Shown in pieces: positions 1-9,487 of a DNA stretch of 32,000 nucleotides. The DNA is from Candidatus Syntropharchaeum caldarium (GTDB lineage Archaea > Halobacteriota > Syntropharchaeia > Syntropharchaeales > Syntropharchaeaceae): NCBI GenBank assembly GCA_001766815.1, contig LYOS01000008.1:9653-41652 (forward strand). The letters run 5' to 3'. How positions within the stretch are numbered: position 1 is the first letter of the stretch; each line of letters begins with the position of its first letter. Below the pieces are notes generated by a model. It was not told the DNA's origin. It worked only from the letters and a program-made list of their open reading frames with translations, and did not search any database. The translations under genes were made by a program, and so were the position numbers.

Positions 1-919
1 AAAATAGCGGTGTTGATTTATCGATCTCTCTGAAACGGTAGTAGTCATGGATCGAGCGCGCGATGCCCTCTCCAACCGGTGAAAGGATCGGATCTGCAAC
101 TATCTTATCAATTCCAAGCGATCGTGCTATATCAATTACCTCAAAAAGTTCATCAACGCCACTTCTTGATATTACAACCGCAGATATCTCTGCTTTTGCG
201 ATATCTTCTCCGACTGCTTCGATATTCTCTCTGTCAAGGCTCAGGATAAGATCAGCGCCCGAACTGATTCCTGCCTCAATGAGCGCTGGCTCCATTGTAT
301 CAAGACTTACAGGAAGCTCTGTCACGGATTTTGCAACCGCAAGGATGCGTTTTACATCGTCCACTTCTGCATCAAGTGTGACACCAAGATCGATGATATC
401 GGCGCCCTCTGATTCAAAGTATCTGATCTCCTGCTCAAGTTCCTCATCTCGGAGTAACGTTGCATCCACGATCTCGGCCATCACCTTCATCGAGGTATTT
501 CCTCCGATCTTAACACCCCTTATCATGAATTCAGGTACACCCGTAGCTTCAAGCTCGAGAAGCTCTTTCTTTATTGTTTCAAAGTCTCTTTCAGATGACC
601 TGCGCGCTGGAACAGAGTCTGAAAGTTCAATTTCATCAATATTCGCGAGCAGATCTGGTAAATCATGGGCGTATCTTGTACCAAGTCTTATTTTAACTCC
701 AAACTCTCTCTCCAGCTCACTAAAATTGGATGTGACGTTTCCAGGGAGCAGTATCAAATCGTAATCTGAGAGATCAATCTTTTTAAGCAGTCTGTAAAGT
801 ATTTGGGGTGTCAGGAGCGCTGCAACATCCACATCTGCAACCGCTACCTCAGCCAGATCTCCAACATAGTTCCTGACAATCTCGGTTGCTCGTCTTCCTG
901 TTATGACAAGGGTTTTCAT
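1..919 (-). CDS. Dihydropteroate synthase-like (pterin-binding) protein, archaeal DHPS-related type; N-terminal ~306 aa only, 3' end runs off the window
   Basis: It is absent from the ORF track because its stop lies left of nt 1. My minus-strand translation from ATG 919..917 reads MKTLVITGRRATEIVRNYVGDL...QEIRYFESEGADIIDLGVTLDAEVDDVKRILAVAKSVTELPVSLDTMEP... The GADIIDLG / SLDT core resembles pterin-binding DHPS-related proteins of methanopterin/folate synthesis. The Ser-rich + ORF 63..764 is its antisense shadow. Confidence 0.5.
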   Translation of the reverse strand, partial: MKTLVITGRRATEIVRNYVGDLAEVAVADVDVAALLTPQILYRLLKKIDLSDYDLILLPGNVTSNFSELEREFGVKIRLGTRYAHDLPDLLANIDEIELSDSVPARRSSERDFETIKKELLELEATGVPEFMIRGVKIGGNTSMKVMAEIVDATLLRDEELEQEIRYFESEGADIIDLGVTLDAEVDDVKRILAVAKSVTELPVSLDTMEPALIEAGISSGADLILSLDRENIEAVGEDIAKAEISAVVISRSGVDELFEVIDIARSLGIDKIVADPILSPVGEGIARSIHDYYRFREIDKSTPLF

Positions 920-923
920 GACA

Positions 924-1385
924 TCATGTCGTTGCTGATCGCTCATCGACCTTCCATCTTGACAGGAAATAATCCATCAATCTTTTGTTTTTATACAACT
1001 CCCTTATGTACTCATCTATCGCATGCTGAAAGTCATCGAAATACCGGGAGACATAAAAATTTATAAAACCATCAGATCTGAACTCAATCCCGCAATCAGT
1101 GGGTGCAGGCTCTCTCATCCATACTTTTGCCAGTCCTTTGATGAAATATTCGTGTACCAGCCCACATCTCACCCGTTCATATACATCATCGCCATGTTCA
1201 TCCAGCAACCTGATATATTCTTCACCCAGCTTTTTCAAGCCATGATTGTAGTTCTTTTTTGCCTGTCCTTCCCTGATCTTGCACCGATACAGCCCACCAA
1301 GAAACTCTGTGTAAGCAGAGAGCGCCAGCGCAACCAGATAATTCGCCTCTCCGTCAATCGCAGCATTAATATCCTTGACCATCAA
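924..1385 (-). CDS. Hypothetical protein (153 aa), no family recognised
   Basis: ORF of 153 aa on the same strand as both neighbours. Its stop lies 4 nt before the next start (919). A TATA-like TTTTTATAC sits about 55 nt upstream. Confidence 0.5.
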   Translation of the reverse strand: MMVKDINAAIDGEANYLVALALSAYTEFLGGLYRCKIREGQAKKNYNHGLKKLGEEYIRLLDEHGDDVYERVRCGLVHEYFIKGLAKVWMREPAPTDCGIEFRSDGFINFYVSRYFDDFQHAIDEYIRELYKNKRLMDYFLSRWKVDERSATT

Positions 1386-1456
1386 ATTCTTAAATTTGCG
1401 GATCTTCTCTTCTAACTCTGAGATTCTACCACCCGTGCATCAGGGTATAAAAACAA

Positions 1457-2653
1457 TTAAAACGTCGTAATCTTCCCTTCTGATACAAGTTCTGTGATCT
1501 CTGTAACTCGCTCAAGCCAATCATCGATGATCCTGGTTATCGCAGGCGCAATATCATCAACACTCACCCCATTCTTCGGGATGATCTGGGCGTTTGCAAC
1601 CAGTGGATTATCGATCGGCTGACCAATCTGTGAGAGAATTCTGACTGATATCTCCTGAAGGTCTGCGATCTTCTCTATAGCCTCATTTGCGATCTGGGTT
1701 GTGAGCAGGTTGTAGATCTTTCCAACGTGGTTCACCGGGTTCTTACCTGATGTTGCCTCGAGACTCATCGATCTGTTTGGTGTGATGAGTCCATTCGCAC
1801 GATTTCCTCTCCCAACTGAACCATCATCCCCCATCTCTGCTGAGAGCCCTGTCACGGTGAGGTATATTGATCCATTCTCAATGTCATCCCCAACGTTTAC
1901 AAATACCTCAATTTCACGATCTGTGTATGATGACGCAACATCCTTTGCAAAGGTGGCAATTTCATCCCGTATCGCGACGTAATGATCGATATCATCGACA
2001 TATCTCGAGACAAAAGCATCTGCGATCGTGACAGTAATCTTATCCTTCACTCTCAGTCCCATCACCTTTATATCCTCGCCTACCGCCTTCTCGCGCTTAC
2101 TGAGATTATTCACCATCTCTCTTTCGATGTTGTAGACGATATTCTCAACCTCAGAGAAAGGTGCATGCCCCACACCAAAGGAGGTGTCATTTGCAAGCGG
2201 TACCCTGTCTCTGGAGTCAAATATCTCAACAAGATCGTATGAACCTTCCCCGATCTTACAGTCGATCACCACATCCGTCTCAGGGTTGAGGTTATGGATA
2301 CTCTCCTGAAGATATGATTTTGCAGCCCTCAATGCGATGACATCGACAGGCACCTCTTCGTCACCAGCCCATTTTGTCGCTCTTCCATTTAGAAGAATAT
2401 AGCTAGGGGTGATGATCTCACCACCACCAAAGGCTGGTCTGGACCTGCCTGCAACAATCGCCACCTCATCGGTGTTGTGGTGGAGTATCATGCCATATCG
2501 CTTCTTGTACTCATTGCACAGCGCACGGCTTACAGCTTCTGCAATCCCATCGCAGATCGAATCTGGGTGTCCAATACCTTTTCTCTCAACAAGCTCGATC
2601 TCCTGAAGTTCGATCGGAAGCTGATGTATCGCCTCAACCTGGATATTTCGCAT
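1457..2653 (-). CDS. metK: S-adenosylmethionine synthetase, archaeal type
   Basis: 398 aa. The N-terminus ...[18 protein letters not shown]... and the overall length match the archaeal MAT family. Confidence 0.95.
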   Translation of the reverse strand: MRNIQVEAIHQLPIELQEIELVERKGIGHPDSICDGIAEAVSRALCNEYKKRYGMILHHNTDEVAIVAGRSRPAFGGGEIITPSYILLNGRATKWAGDEEVPVDVIALRAAKSYLQESIHNLNPETDVVIDCKIGEGSYDLVEIFDSRDRVPLANDTSFGVGHAPFSEVENIVYNIEREMVNNLSKREKAVGEDIKVMGLRVKDKITVTIADAFVSRYVDDIDHYVAIRDEIATFAKDVASSYTDREIEVFVNVGDDIENGSIYLTVTGLSAEMGDDGSVGRGNRANGLITPNRSMSLEATSGKNPVNHVGKIYNLLTTQIANEAIEKIADLQEISVRILSQIGQPIDNPLVANAQIIPKNGVSVDDIAPAITRIIDDWLERVTEITELVSEGKITTF

Positions 2654-2675
2654 ATCATTTCTCCCATTCTATAAT

Positions 2676-3251
2676 TCAACTTCGATATTCGTCCTTAAGT
2701 GGCTTTGGAGGCAGTGGAAATATGCTTCTGAAAGTTTCTGGGTTTTTGACCATCTCCTGGAGTTGATTTTTCGTCTCATCCACAAGCACATCCACATACA
2801 TCATCTCCACAAAGTTTTGACAGGCATCTGCAAGCTCGATAAGACTCTTGACGTCCTGTTCCATCTGCTCGAATGAACAGGCGAATGGACACGAATTTCT
2901 GATTTTATTGATCACATCGAGAAATTGGCGCATCTCCTCCTTCCGATCAATCGAGTCAAACTGCTGCTGAAAGTGTGATTTAAGTTCTTCAGTATCAAGT
3001 TCATTTGCGATTGATATCGGTTTTATACCATCGAACGTTGCAAATATCAATGGTATGTTGAGGAGGTACTCAATATACGCAGTGTCGATGCTATCTCTTG
3101 CACCCATCGCGCACGCAATCCGCTGGTCCTCGACATCCTCATCATCCATCTCCGTCATCTTCCTGCACATATTACAGTACTGCCAGAATCGGCTGATAGA
3201 CTGGTAAAACGATATGACACCTTCGAGTGGTAGTTCTGCCTTAAGTTCCAT
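2676..3251 (-). CDS. Hypothetical Cys-containing protein (~191 aa) lying between ahcY and SAM synthetase
   Basis: The ORF is 2676..3266, and I prefer the MELKAELPLEG start at 3251. It contains YCNMC and SCPFAC motifs. I recognise no family. Confidence 0.55.
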   Translation of the reverse strand: MELKAELPLEGVISFYQSISRFWQYCNMCRKMTEMDDEDVEDQRIACAMGARDSIDTAYIEYLLNIPLIFATFDGIKPISIANELDTEELKSHFQQQFDSIDRKEEMRQFLDVINKIRNSCPFACSFEQMEQDVKSLIELADACQNFVEMMYVDVLVDETKNQLQEMVKNPETFRSIFPLPPKPLKDEYRS

Positions 3252-3308
3252 ATAAACAAAGATCATTCTTTACCTTTAAAGGCTTTTGGATTGAGTGTGC
3301 GCTACCCT

Positions 3309-4559
3309 TCACGTTCCAAGTTCCCATGATGAGAGGTACCGCTCCTGTTCTTCTGTCAGCGTCTCAATCTCAATCCCCATCGATTTGAGCTTGAGGGCCG
3401 CAACACGCTCATCGATCTCCCTCGGTACGCCAGTGACTTTTCTTTCACGCAGATCGGAGTTTATGATGTATTCAACCGCAAGTGCCTGATTCGCAAAACT
3501 CATATCCATCACACCGGGTGGATGACCGTACGCTGCCGCCAGATTGATAAGTCTCCCTTCACTCAGGAGATATATCCGCCTGCCATCAGCAAGCGTGTAC
3601 TCATCAACCTCTTCTTTGACGCGTTTCTTGCTGATTGCAAGCTTTTCGAGGTCATCAATTGCAATTTCGACATTGAAGTGCCCCGAATTTGCAAGAACTG
3701 CCTGGTCCTGCATCAACTCGAAATGCTCACCCCGTATGACCGATGTATCACCTGTCACCGTGATGAAGATCTCACCCGTCTTTGCAGCATCATGCATCGG
3801 CATCACCTGGTAACCATCCATCACAGCTTCAAGGGCCTTTCTCGGGTTGACCTCAACCACGATCACATTTGCACCCAGTCCTCTGGCACGCATCGCAACA
3901 CCCCTGCCGCACCAGCCATATCCGACAACCACCACTTTTCTGCCTGCAAACAGGAGATTTGTAGCATTCATAATCCCATGCAGTGTCGACTGACCCGTTC
4001 CATAACGATTATCAAACATCATCTTTGTTTCAGCATCATTCACCGCGATTACCGGAAAAGCGAGTTTGCCAGACTTTTCAAGCGCTCTCAGACGGATCAC
4101 CCCGGTGGTGGTCTCCTCGCACGCACCCTTTATCGAGTTCATGAGATCGGGGTAGTGCTCGTGTATATGTGCTATTGTATCTGCCCCATCATCAAGTACA
4201 ACATCAGGCATGATATCAAGTGCCGCCTCAAGACACGCATAGTACTCGTCATCGTTTTCCCTGAATGCATAAACCCAGATACCACTTCTGGCGAGCGCTG
4301 CAGCAACATCATCCTGTGTGCTCAATGGATTCGATCCGGCAAGTGCGATCTCTGCCCCCCCTGCTTTCAGTGTCTTGATGAGGTTTGCTGTCTCAACCGT
4401 GACATGCAGACACGCTGTGATCTTCACGCCATCGAGTGGCTTTGTCTCTTCAAACCGCGATTTTATGAGTTCAAGCACCGGCATGTGCCGCCTTGCCCAT
4501 TCAATCCGCTCATCCCCAGTATCCGCAAGCTGCAGGTCTTTGACGATAGATTCTTTCAT
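3309..4559 (-). CDS. ahcY: Adenosylhomocysteinase (S-adenosyl-L-homocysteine hydrolase)
   Basis: Family hallmarks are [11 protein letters not shown], the NAD-binding [12 protein letters not shown] motif and a C-terminal SWELGT. The start is uncertain. The track gives 4628. I prefer ATG 4559 (MKESIVKDL), which has GAGGG 7 nt upstream. ATG 4586 is also possible. Confidence 0.93.
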   Translation of the reverse strand: MKESIVKDLQLADTGDERIEWARRHMPVLELIKSRFEETKPLDGVKITACLHVTVETANLIKTLKAGGAEIALAGSNPLSTQDDVAAALARSGIWVYAFRENDDEYYACLEAALDIMPDVVLDDGADTIAHIHEHYPDLMNSIKGACEETTTGVIRLRALEKSGKLAFPVIAVNDAETKMMFDNRYGTGQSTLHGIMNATNLLFAGRKVVVVGYGWCGRGVAMRARGLGANVIVVEVNPRKALEAVMDGYQVMPMHDAAKTGEIFITVTGDTSVIRGEHFELMQDQAVLANSGHFNVEIAIDDLEKLAISKKRVKEEVDEYTLADGRRIYLLSEGRLINLAAAYGHPPGVMDMSFANQALAVEYIINSDLRERKVTGVPREIDERVAALKLKSMGIEIETLTEEQERYLSSWELGT

Positions 4560-4662
4560 CGATATTCCCTCATCGTAATTCTCCATCTGCGTTAATAACC
4601 TTAACTCCTTCAAATTTCGATCATTCAAGCAATTTTAAATACCTGCCAGTTAAATCACGTCT

Positions 4663-5865
4663 ATGCCACTCATCGTCAACGCCGATCTGCACATACACTC
4701 ACGTTTTGCAGCAGCCTCCTCGAAGAAGATGACGATCAAGACTTTGGCACGCGAGGCACCAAAAAAGGGAATAAACCTGATTGGGAGTGGGGATTGCCTT
4801 CATGGGGGATGGCTTGCTGAAATAAAAGAGAATAAGGATCTTTTTGACGGACTTTTCATCCCCACATGTGAGGTTGAGGATACTAACCGTGTACATCACC
4901 TTCTCATTCTCCCATCCCTCTCAAAGGCGGTTGAGCTTCGTGAGGTCTTTTCCAGGTACACATCCGAGATCGATGGTGATGGCAGACCAAAGATCAACCT
5001 GACTGGCTGTGAGATTGCCGAGGCTGCAAGAGATGCAGGGGCTTTGATTGGACCTGCACACGCATTTACACCGTGGACCGCACTCTATGCTTACCATGAC
5101 TCCCTTGAGGCGTGTTACGGTGATATGAAAAGCTACATCTCGTTCATCGAGCTTGGATTGAGCGCAGATTCATCTTACGCAGATCTTATCTCTGATCACC
5201 ATGATCTGACCTTTCTCACAAACTCGGATGCCCATTCGCCCTGGCCAATCAGGCTTGCACGAGAGTTCAACCGATTTGAGATGGAAGATATAACATTTGA
5301 TGAGCTTAAGATGGCGATTTTACGAAAGAAGGGCAGAAAACCAATACTGAATGTAGGACTGCCGCCAGAAGAGGGTAAATACAATAGAACTGCCTGTACA
5401 AGGTGTTACAAAAAAATTGCACTCGTTGACGCGGTGGCTGCAAAATGGAGGTGCGATTGTGGGGGGCTGATCAAGAAGGGCGTATTTGACCGTGTACATG
5501 AGCTTGCAGATCTTGAAGAACCTGTCCATCCACCCCATCGTCCACCGTATCTGCATCTGATACCTCTCGCAGAGATTATATCGCTTGCCATTGGTCGTGG
5601 TGTCGGTACAAAATCAGTTAAAAGTATATGGGAAAGCCTCATTTCGCAGTTTGGATCTGAAGTTGCAGTTCTCATCGATTCAAATCTCGATGAACTTCGG
5701 GGATTCGATTCAAAGGTTGTTTCTGCAATTTTTGCCTTCAGAGAAGGTCGGGTTATCATAGATCCAGGTGGTGGCGGAAAGTACGGATCCATCAAGCTTC
5801 CAGAGGAGAGTGATACAGTTCTTGCAAAAGGACAGCGATCACTTCTTGACATATTTCCTGAGTGA
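4663..5865 (+). CDS. Endonuclease Q-like PHP-domain nuclease (TIGR00375 family)
   Basis: 400 aa. It has an N-terminal ADLHIHSRF PHP motif, then GPAHAFTPWT, NSDAHSP and REFNRFE. A Zn-ribbon CTRCY...WRCDCGG and a C-terminal PGGGGKYG complete the match, as recalled from Pyrococcus EndoQ. Confidence 0.8.
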   Translation: MPLIVNADLHIHSRFAAASSKKMTIKTLAREAPKKGINLIGSGDCLHGGWLAEIKENKDLFDGLFIPTCEVEDTNRVHHLLILPSLSKAVELREVFSRYTSEIDGDGRPKINLTGCEIAEAARDAGALIGPAHAFTPWTALYAYHDSLEACYGDMKSYISFIELGLSADSSYADLISDHHDLTFLTNSDAHSPWPIRLAREFNRFEMEDITFDELKMAILRKKGRKPILNVGLPPEEGKYNRTACTRCYKKIALVDAVAAKWRCDCGGLIKKGVFDRVHELADLEEPVHPPHRPPYLHLIPLAEIISLAIGRGVGTKSVKSIWESLISQFGSEVAVLIDSNLDELRGFDSKVVSAIFAFREGRVIIDPGGGGKYGSIKLPEESDTVLAKGQRSLLDIFPE

Positions 5866-5908
5866 TCATTGGAAAACTTTATTGCATACTTCTGAGGAGA
5901 TGTTATTG

Positions 5909-7594
5909 ATGGTCAGAATAACGGATACAACATTCAGGGATTCGCACCAGTCTTTGATCGCGACCCGCATGCGCACGGAGGATATGTTAGATCTCGCCGA
6001 GGATATGGATGCGGTCGGATTTTTCTCGATGGAAGTATGGGGTGGTGCGACATTTGACGTCTGCATAAGATATCTCAACGAAGATCCATGGGAACGGCTC
6101 AGGGCATTGAAGGGTGTGATAAAGAAGACCCCACTCCAGATGCTTTTACGCGGTCAGAATCTCGTTGGATACAGGCATTATCCGGATGATATCGTTGTGA
6201 AGTTTGTTGAGAAGGCACATGAGAATGGTATCGATATATTCAGGATCTTTGATGCGCTCAACGACATTCGCAACATGGAAGTATCGATCAAAACGGCAAA
6301 GAAAGTTGGTGCTCATGTACAGGGTACGATCTCCTATACAATAAGTCCAGTTCACACGATCGAGACGTTTGTAGGGATGGCAAAGGATCTTCTTGATCTT
6401 GGTTCAGATTCAATCTGCATAAAAGATATGGCAGGGTTGATCTCACCTGCTGATGCATACTCTCTTGTAAAATCGCTTAAAAAAGAAGTTGGTATCCCAA
6501 TAGACCTCCATTCTCACTGCACCTCTGGTATGGCACCGTTGAGTTATTACAGTGCGTGTGAGGCCGGTGTTGACATCTTAGACTTAGCTTTCTCTCCGTT
6601 TGCAGGAGGAACATCTCAGCCACCGCTTGAGCCATTCATCGCAGCACTCCAGGGAACACCGTACGATACAGGGCTCGATCTCGAGTACTGTACGCAGCTC
6701 AAGGAACGGGTCCTCAAGGTGAGGGAAAAGTACGAGGGGCTGGTGAACCCGATCTCAGAGCGTGTGGATACAAACGTCATCCTTTACCAGATCCCAGGTG
6801 GAATGTTATCAAATCTCGTATCGCAGCTTGAAGCGCAGAATGCACTTGACAGGTATAAAGAAGTCCTCGAAGAAGTTCCGCGAGTCAGGGCAGAGCTTGG
6901 TTATCCTCCTCTTGTGACACCAACGAGCCAGATCGTTGGAATACAGGCGGTTCTCAATGTCTTACACGGGAGGTATAAGACTGTTACAAAAGAAGTGCGA
7001 GATTATGTGAATGGCTTCTATGGAAAGCCTCCCGGCGAGATCGATCCAGCGGTGCGAGAGATTGTATCAGATGAAGATCCGATCACGGTGAGACCTGCAG
7101 ATCTGCTTGAGCCACATTATGAAGTTGCACGTGAGGAGCTTGAACGAATGCACCTTCTAAGGAAGGAGGAAGACATACTGACTCATGCCTTATATCCTGC
7201 AATTGCCATCAAGTTCCTGAACAACGAGATCGAACCAGAACCGATCCCAAAGAAACATACAACAGAGACATTTGAAGCGGAATTTGGGGTTGAAGTCGAT
7301 GGAGAGATCTATAATGTGAAGATACTCCCTGCAGGCATGCAGATCAAAAAGAAGGAGGCTGTACAAGCAAAACAGAATGTTGAAGGTGGCGTTCTCGCTC
7401 CGATGCAGGGGATGATCGTGAAGCTCAACGTTGGCACAGGTGCAGAGGTCAAAGAAGGAGATGTTGTATGCGTTCTCGAAGCAATGAAGATGCAGAACAA
7501 CATTCATGCACCCAGGAGCGGAACCGTGAAGGAGATCCTTGTCAATGAAGGTGATACTGTGATGCAGGGAGATCTTCTGCTGATCATCGAGTAA
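5909..7594 (+). CDS. pycB: Pyruvate carboxylase subunit B / oxaloacetate decarboxylase alpha-type carboxyltransferase with C-terminal biotinyl domain
   Basis: It begins MVRITDTTFRDSHQSL (HMGL-like domain) and ends with the biotin attachment motif EAMKMQN. The true start is ATG 5909, with GAGGAG 9 nt upstream. The track ORF start at 5768 overlaps endoQ and is an artefact. Confidence 0.93.
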   Translation: MVRITDTTFRDSHQSLIATRMRTEDMLDLAEDMDAVGFFSMEVWGGATFDVCIRYLNEDPWERLRALKGVIKKTPLQMLLRGQNLVGYRHYPDDIVVKFVEKAHENGIDIFRIFDALNDIRNMEVSIKTAKKVGAHVQGTISYTISPVHTIETFVGMAKDLLDLGSDSICIKDMAGLISPADAYSLVKSLKKEVGIPIDLHSHCTSGMAPLSYYSACEAGVDILDLAFSPFAGGTSQPPLEPFIAALQGTPYDTGLDLEYCTQLKERVLKVREKYEGLVNPISERVDTNVILYQIPGGMLSNLVSQLEAQNALDRYKEVLEEVPRVRAELGYPPLVTPTSQIVGIQAVLNVLHGRYKTVTKEVRDYVNGFYGKPPGEIDPAVREIVSDEDPITVRPADLLEPHYEVAREELERMHLLRKEEDILTHALYPAIAIKFLNNEIEPEPIPKKHTTETFEAEFGVEVDGEIYNVKILPAGMQIKKKEAVQAKQNVEGGVLAPMQGMIVKLNVGTGAEVKEGDVVCVLEAMKMQNNIHAPRSGTVKEILVNEGDTVMQGDLLLIIE

Positions 7595-7679
7595 GCTCAA
7601 ATAGCAGTGCATGGGACAATTGTATCAGCACGATCTCTCCGATAACTTTATTAATTTTTATGATCATCATTCATTATAG

Positions 7680-8147
7680 ATGAGAGAAAAATATGCTAAA
7701 AATACAGGATCTGATGAGATCGATGACTGGGAGCTTTGCGAGCTCATCTCTTCTTTAAAGAGTAAAAACAGATTCAAACGGTTGAACGCACTTTTTATCA
7801 TCGAGAACTTAAATGATAAGCGGTTAATTGAGCCATTGATTGAACTCACAAAGGAAAATGATCGAGCTACAAAGGAATATGCGCTCTATTTACTTGCAAA
7901 GATTGAGAATCACGTTTTATGTGGAGATAAGGTTATAAAAGCCTTCATTGATGCTTTGAACGACGAAAACCCCTCTATACGAAGTTATGCTTCGCTGGTG
8001 CTCGGTGATTTCGGGGATTATGCTGCTGCAAAACCACTGATTCTGGCATTGAAAGATGAGGATGAGGGTGTTCGGGAAGAGGTGATGAATGCTCTATCAA
8101 ATATCCTGATCAGCATGGGCACGCGCAGGGTGGCTGGAAAAATATGA
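7680..8147 (+). CDS. HEAT-repeat (PBS-lyase HEAT-like) protein
   Basis: 155 aa with repeated units of the form A..AL..L.D.(E)..VR..A..AL, for example ALNDENPSIRSYASLVLG and ALKDEDEGVREEVMNAL. Confidence 0.7.
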   Translation: MREKYAKNTGSDEIDDWELCELISSLKSKNRFKRLNALFIIENLNDKRLIEPLIELTKENDRATKEYALYLLAKIENHVLCGDKVIKAFIDALNDENPSIRSYASLVLGDFGDYAAAKPLILALKDEDEGVREEVMNALSNILISMGTRRVAGKI

Positions 8148-8149
8148 TT

Positions 8150-8554
8150 TCAATCTAATGTTTTTGATGTTGTCGTGAGTTTGACGTGTTTAACGCCTTT
8201 TAACGACATGATCTCTTCTGTTATCTGTTTGATCTCGCGTATGTTTCCGCGTGCAAGCAGTATCTCGATGCAGTTGTCATGATCAAGATGTACGTGGAGT
8301 GAGGTTCCAAGCAATCCAATTGAGTTGTGCTGGATATCAAGGAGTGTATCAGTCAGCCCACGCTGATTGTGGTTGTAGGTGATTGTTATAACCGCAACTT
8401 TTTCACCCTCTTCTTCCCCCATCCATTCGTATTCTACGATATAATTTCTGATCGCATCTCGTATTCCTTCGGATCTCGACGAGTATCCCCTCTTCGTTAT
8501 TATTTCATCAAAACGATTGAGGAGATTGTCTGGAAGCGAAACACCAATACGCAT
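8150..8554 (-). CDS. nikR: Nickel-responsive transcriptional regulator NikR (ribbon-helix-helix plus ACT-like domain)
   Basis: MRIGVSLPDNLLNRFDEIITKRGYSSRSEGIRDAIR is a canonical NikR RHH N-terminus. The C-terminal metal-binding domain carries His residues (HVHLDHDNC). The track start at 8590 is a TTG. I prefer ATG 8554. Confidence 0.85.
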   Translation of the reverse strand: MRIGVSLPDNLLNRFDEIITKRGYSSRSEGIRDAIRNYIVEYEWMGEEEGEKVAVITITYNHNQRGLTDTLLDIQHNSIGLLGTSLHVHLDHDNCIEILLARGNIREIKQITEEIMSLKGVKHVKLTTTSKTLD

Positions 8555-8589
8555 AAGTTCCTGGTCTATATTAAAACCCCCTTCCTTCA

Positions 8590-8623
8590 AAAATAAAAGA
8601 ATTAGAAGGAATAACTTCCTTCT
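8590..8623 (-). terminator. Hairpin plus T-run directly after the cytochrome gene
   Basis: AGAAGGAA (8604-8611) pairs with TTCCTTCT (8616-8623), an 8-bp stem with a 4-nt loop. On the minus strand it is followed by AATTCTTTTATTTT. It starts 15 nt after the cytochrome stop. Confidence 0.4.
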
Positions 8624-8637
8624 TTGCTATCTCCATA

Positions 8638-9156
8638 TCATTCTATTACTTTTGCCTTGCCTGAATGTATTACTGAGACGTCACCAACGTGGCATACTGT
8701 ACAATCCTTGCCCCTTGGTTCGTGGATTTTCACCAGGTTTCCTTCAACAGACGTTGTTGCATCTGGGTATCCATGGCAGTTCTCGCAGACCGTATAAGTT
8801 CCAACTGGCTGGGGTATGGTTGGTGGTGTACCATGACAGGTCTTACACGGGACTATTGATTCCGGATGAAGCCCGTGAACATCCCCTACGGCACCACCCG
8901 GATTTTTATGGCACTGTGTACACTTATCTCCACCGTGCTGGTGTGCATCCAGGTCTGCTGCGTTCTTGTGGCACATCAGGCAGCTCATTTCAGGCGTCGT
9001 TACAGGTGCCTGTGTCACAATCGGTGTTGGTGTTGGCGTGGGTTGTGTTGCTATCGGCGTGGGAGTAGCTTCCTCTCCTCCTTCCAGACAGCCTGCAACC
9101 CCCACAACAACAAGGACCAACGCTAATGTCACAAACAGATATAATTTCTTAACCAT
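8638..9156 (-). CDS. Secreted/lipid-anchored pentaheme c-type cytochrome (172 aa)
   Basis: Five CxxCH motifs: CLMCH, CTQCH, CKTCH, CENCH and CTVCH. The N-terminal hydrophobic signal ends in a lipobox-like VAGC. A Thr/Pro-rich linker follows (TPTPIATQPTPTPTPIVTQAPVTTP). Confidence 0.85.
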   Translation of the reverse strand: MVKKLYLFVTLALVLVVVGVAGCLEGGEEATPTPIATQPTPTPTPIVTQAPVTTPEMSCLMCHKNAADLDAHQHGGDKCTQCHKNPGGAVGDVHGLHPESIVPCKTCHGTPPTIPQPVGTYTVCENCHGYPDATTSVEGNLVKIHEPRGKDCTVCHVGDVSVIHSGKAKVIE

Positions 9157-9305
9157 CTATTTCACCTTCTCTGATAGTTATATAACCGAGCTTTTATCGA
9201 TCTTTTAGCTAATAAAGCTTTCGATAACGAGCGGTTTCAATCGAATCGATACAGGAACGATTTATGATCGATTGCATCATCATTTTGATTATGATCGAGA
9301 CTCGA

Positions 9306-9376
9306 TGCGCTGACCGGGATTCGAACCCGGGCTGTGGGCTTGGAAGGCCCAAGTCATGCCTCTAGACCATCAGCGC
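9306..9376 (-). tRNA. tRNA-Gly (anticodon UCC)
   Basis: The reverse complement is GCGCTGATGGTCTAGAGGCATGACTTGGGCCTTCCAAGCCCACAGCCCGGGTTCGAATCCCGGTCAGCGCA. The acceptor stem is GCGCTGA/TCAGCGC. The anticodon stem TGGGC/GCCCA closes the loop CTTCCAA. The T-arm is CCGGG-TTCGAAT-CCCGG. Confidence 0.9.
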
Positions 9377-9487
9377 ATATCAGGGTTAAATTTGATCGGT
9401 TCAGGATTTATTTAAGTTTTTGTCATCGATGGAGTTCATGCTACCATGCTGCAAAATCTATTTATGCTGTTGTATCAAGGAAAATCT

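Noticed and set aside
63-764. 233-aa + strand ORF, extremely Ser/Ile/Thr-rich
   Set aside because: Its low-complexity composition is typical of the antisense frame of a real gene. The minus strand over the same span encodes a coherent DHPS-like protein.
3522-4595. 357-aa + strand ORF (plus 3544..3813 and 4318..4578)
   Set aside because: It is antisense to the clearly identified ahcY gene. It is Cys/His/Arg-rich with no recognisable motif.
5768-5908. N-terminal 47-codon extension of the pycB ORF overlapping the endoQ 3' end
   Set aside because: The conserved PycB sequence begins at MVRITDTTFRD (ATG 5909), which has a GAGGAG SD. The extension is simply open frame.
8590-9156. Cytochrome-nikR operon, implying nickel-regulated cytochrome expression
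   Set aside because: An 8-bp hairpin plus T-run sits between the two genes, and the likely nikR start is ATG 8554. Adjacency alone does not support co-transcription.
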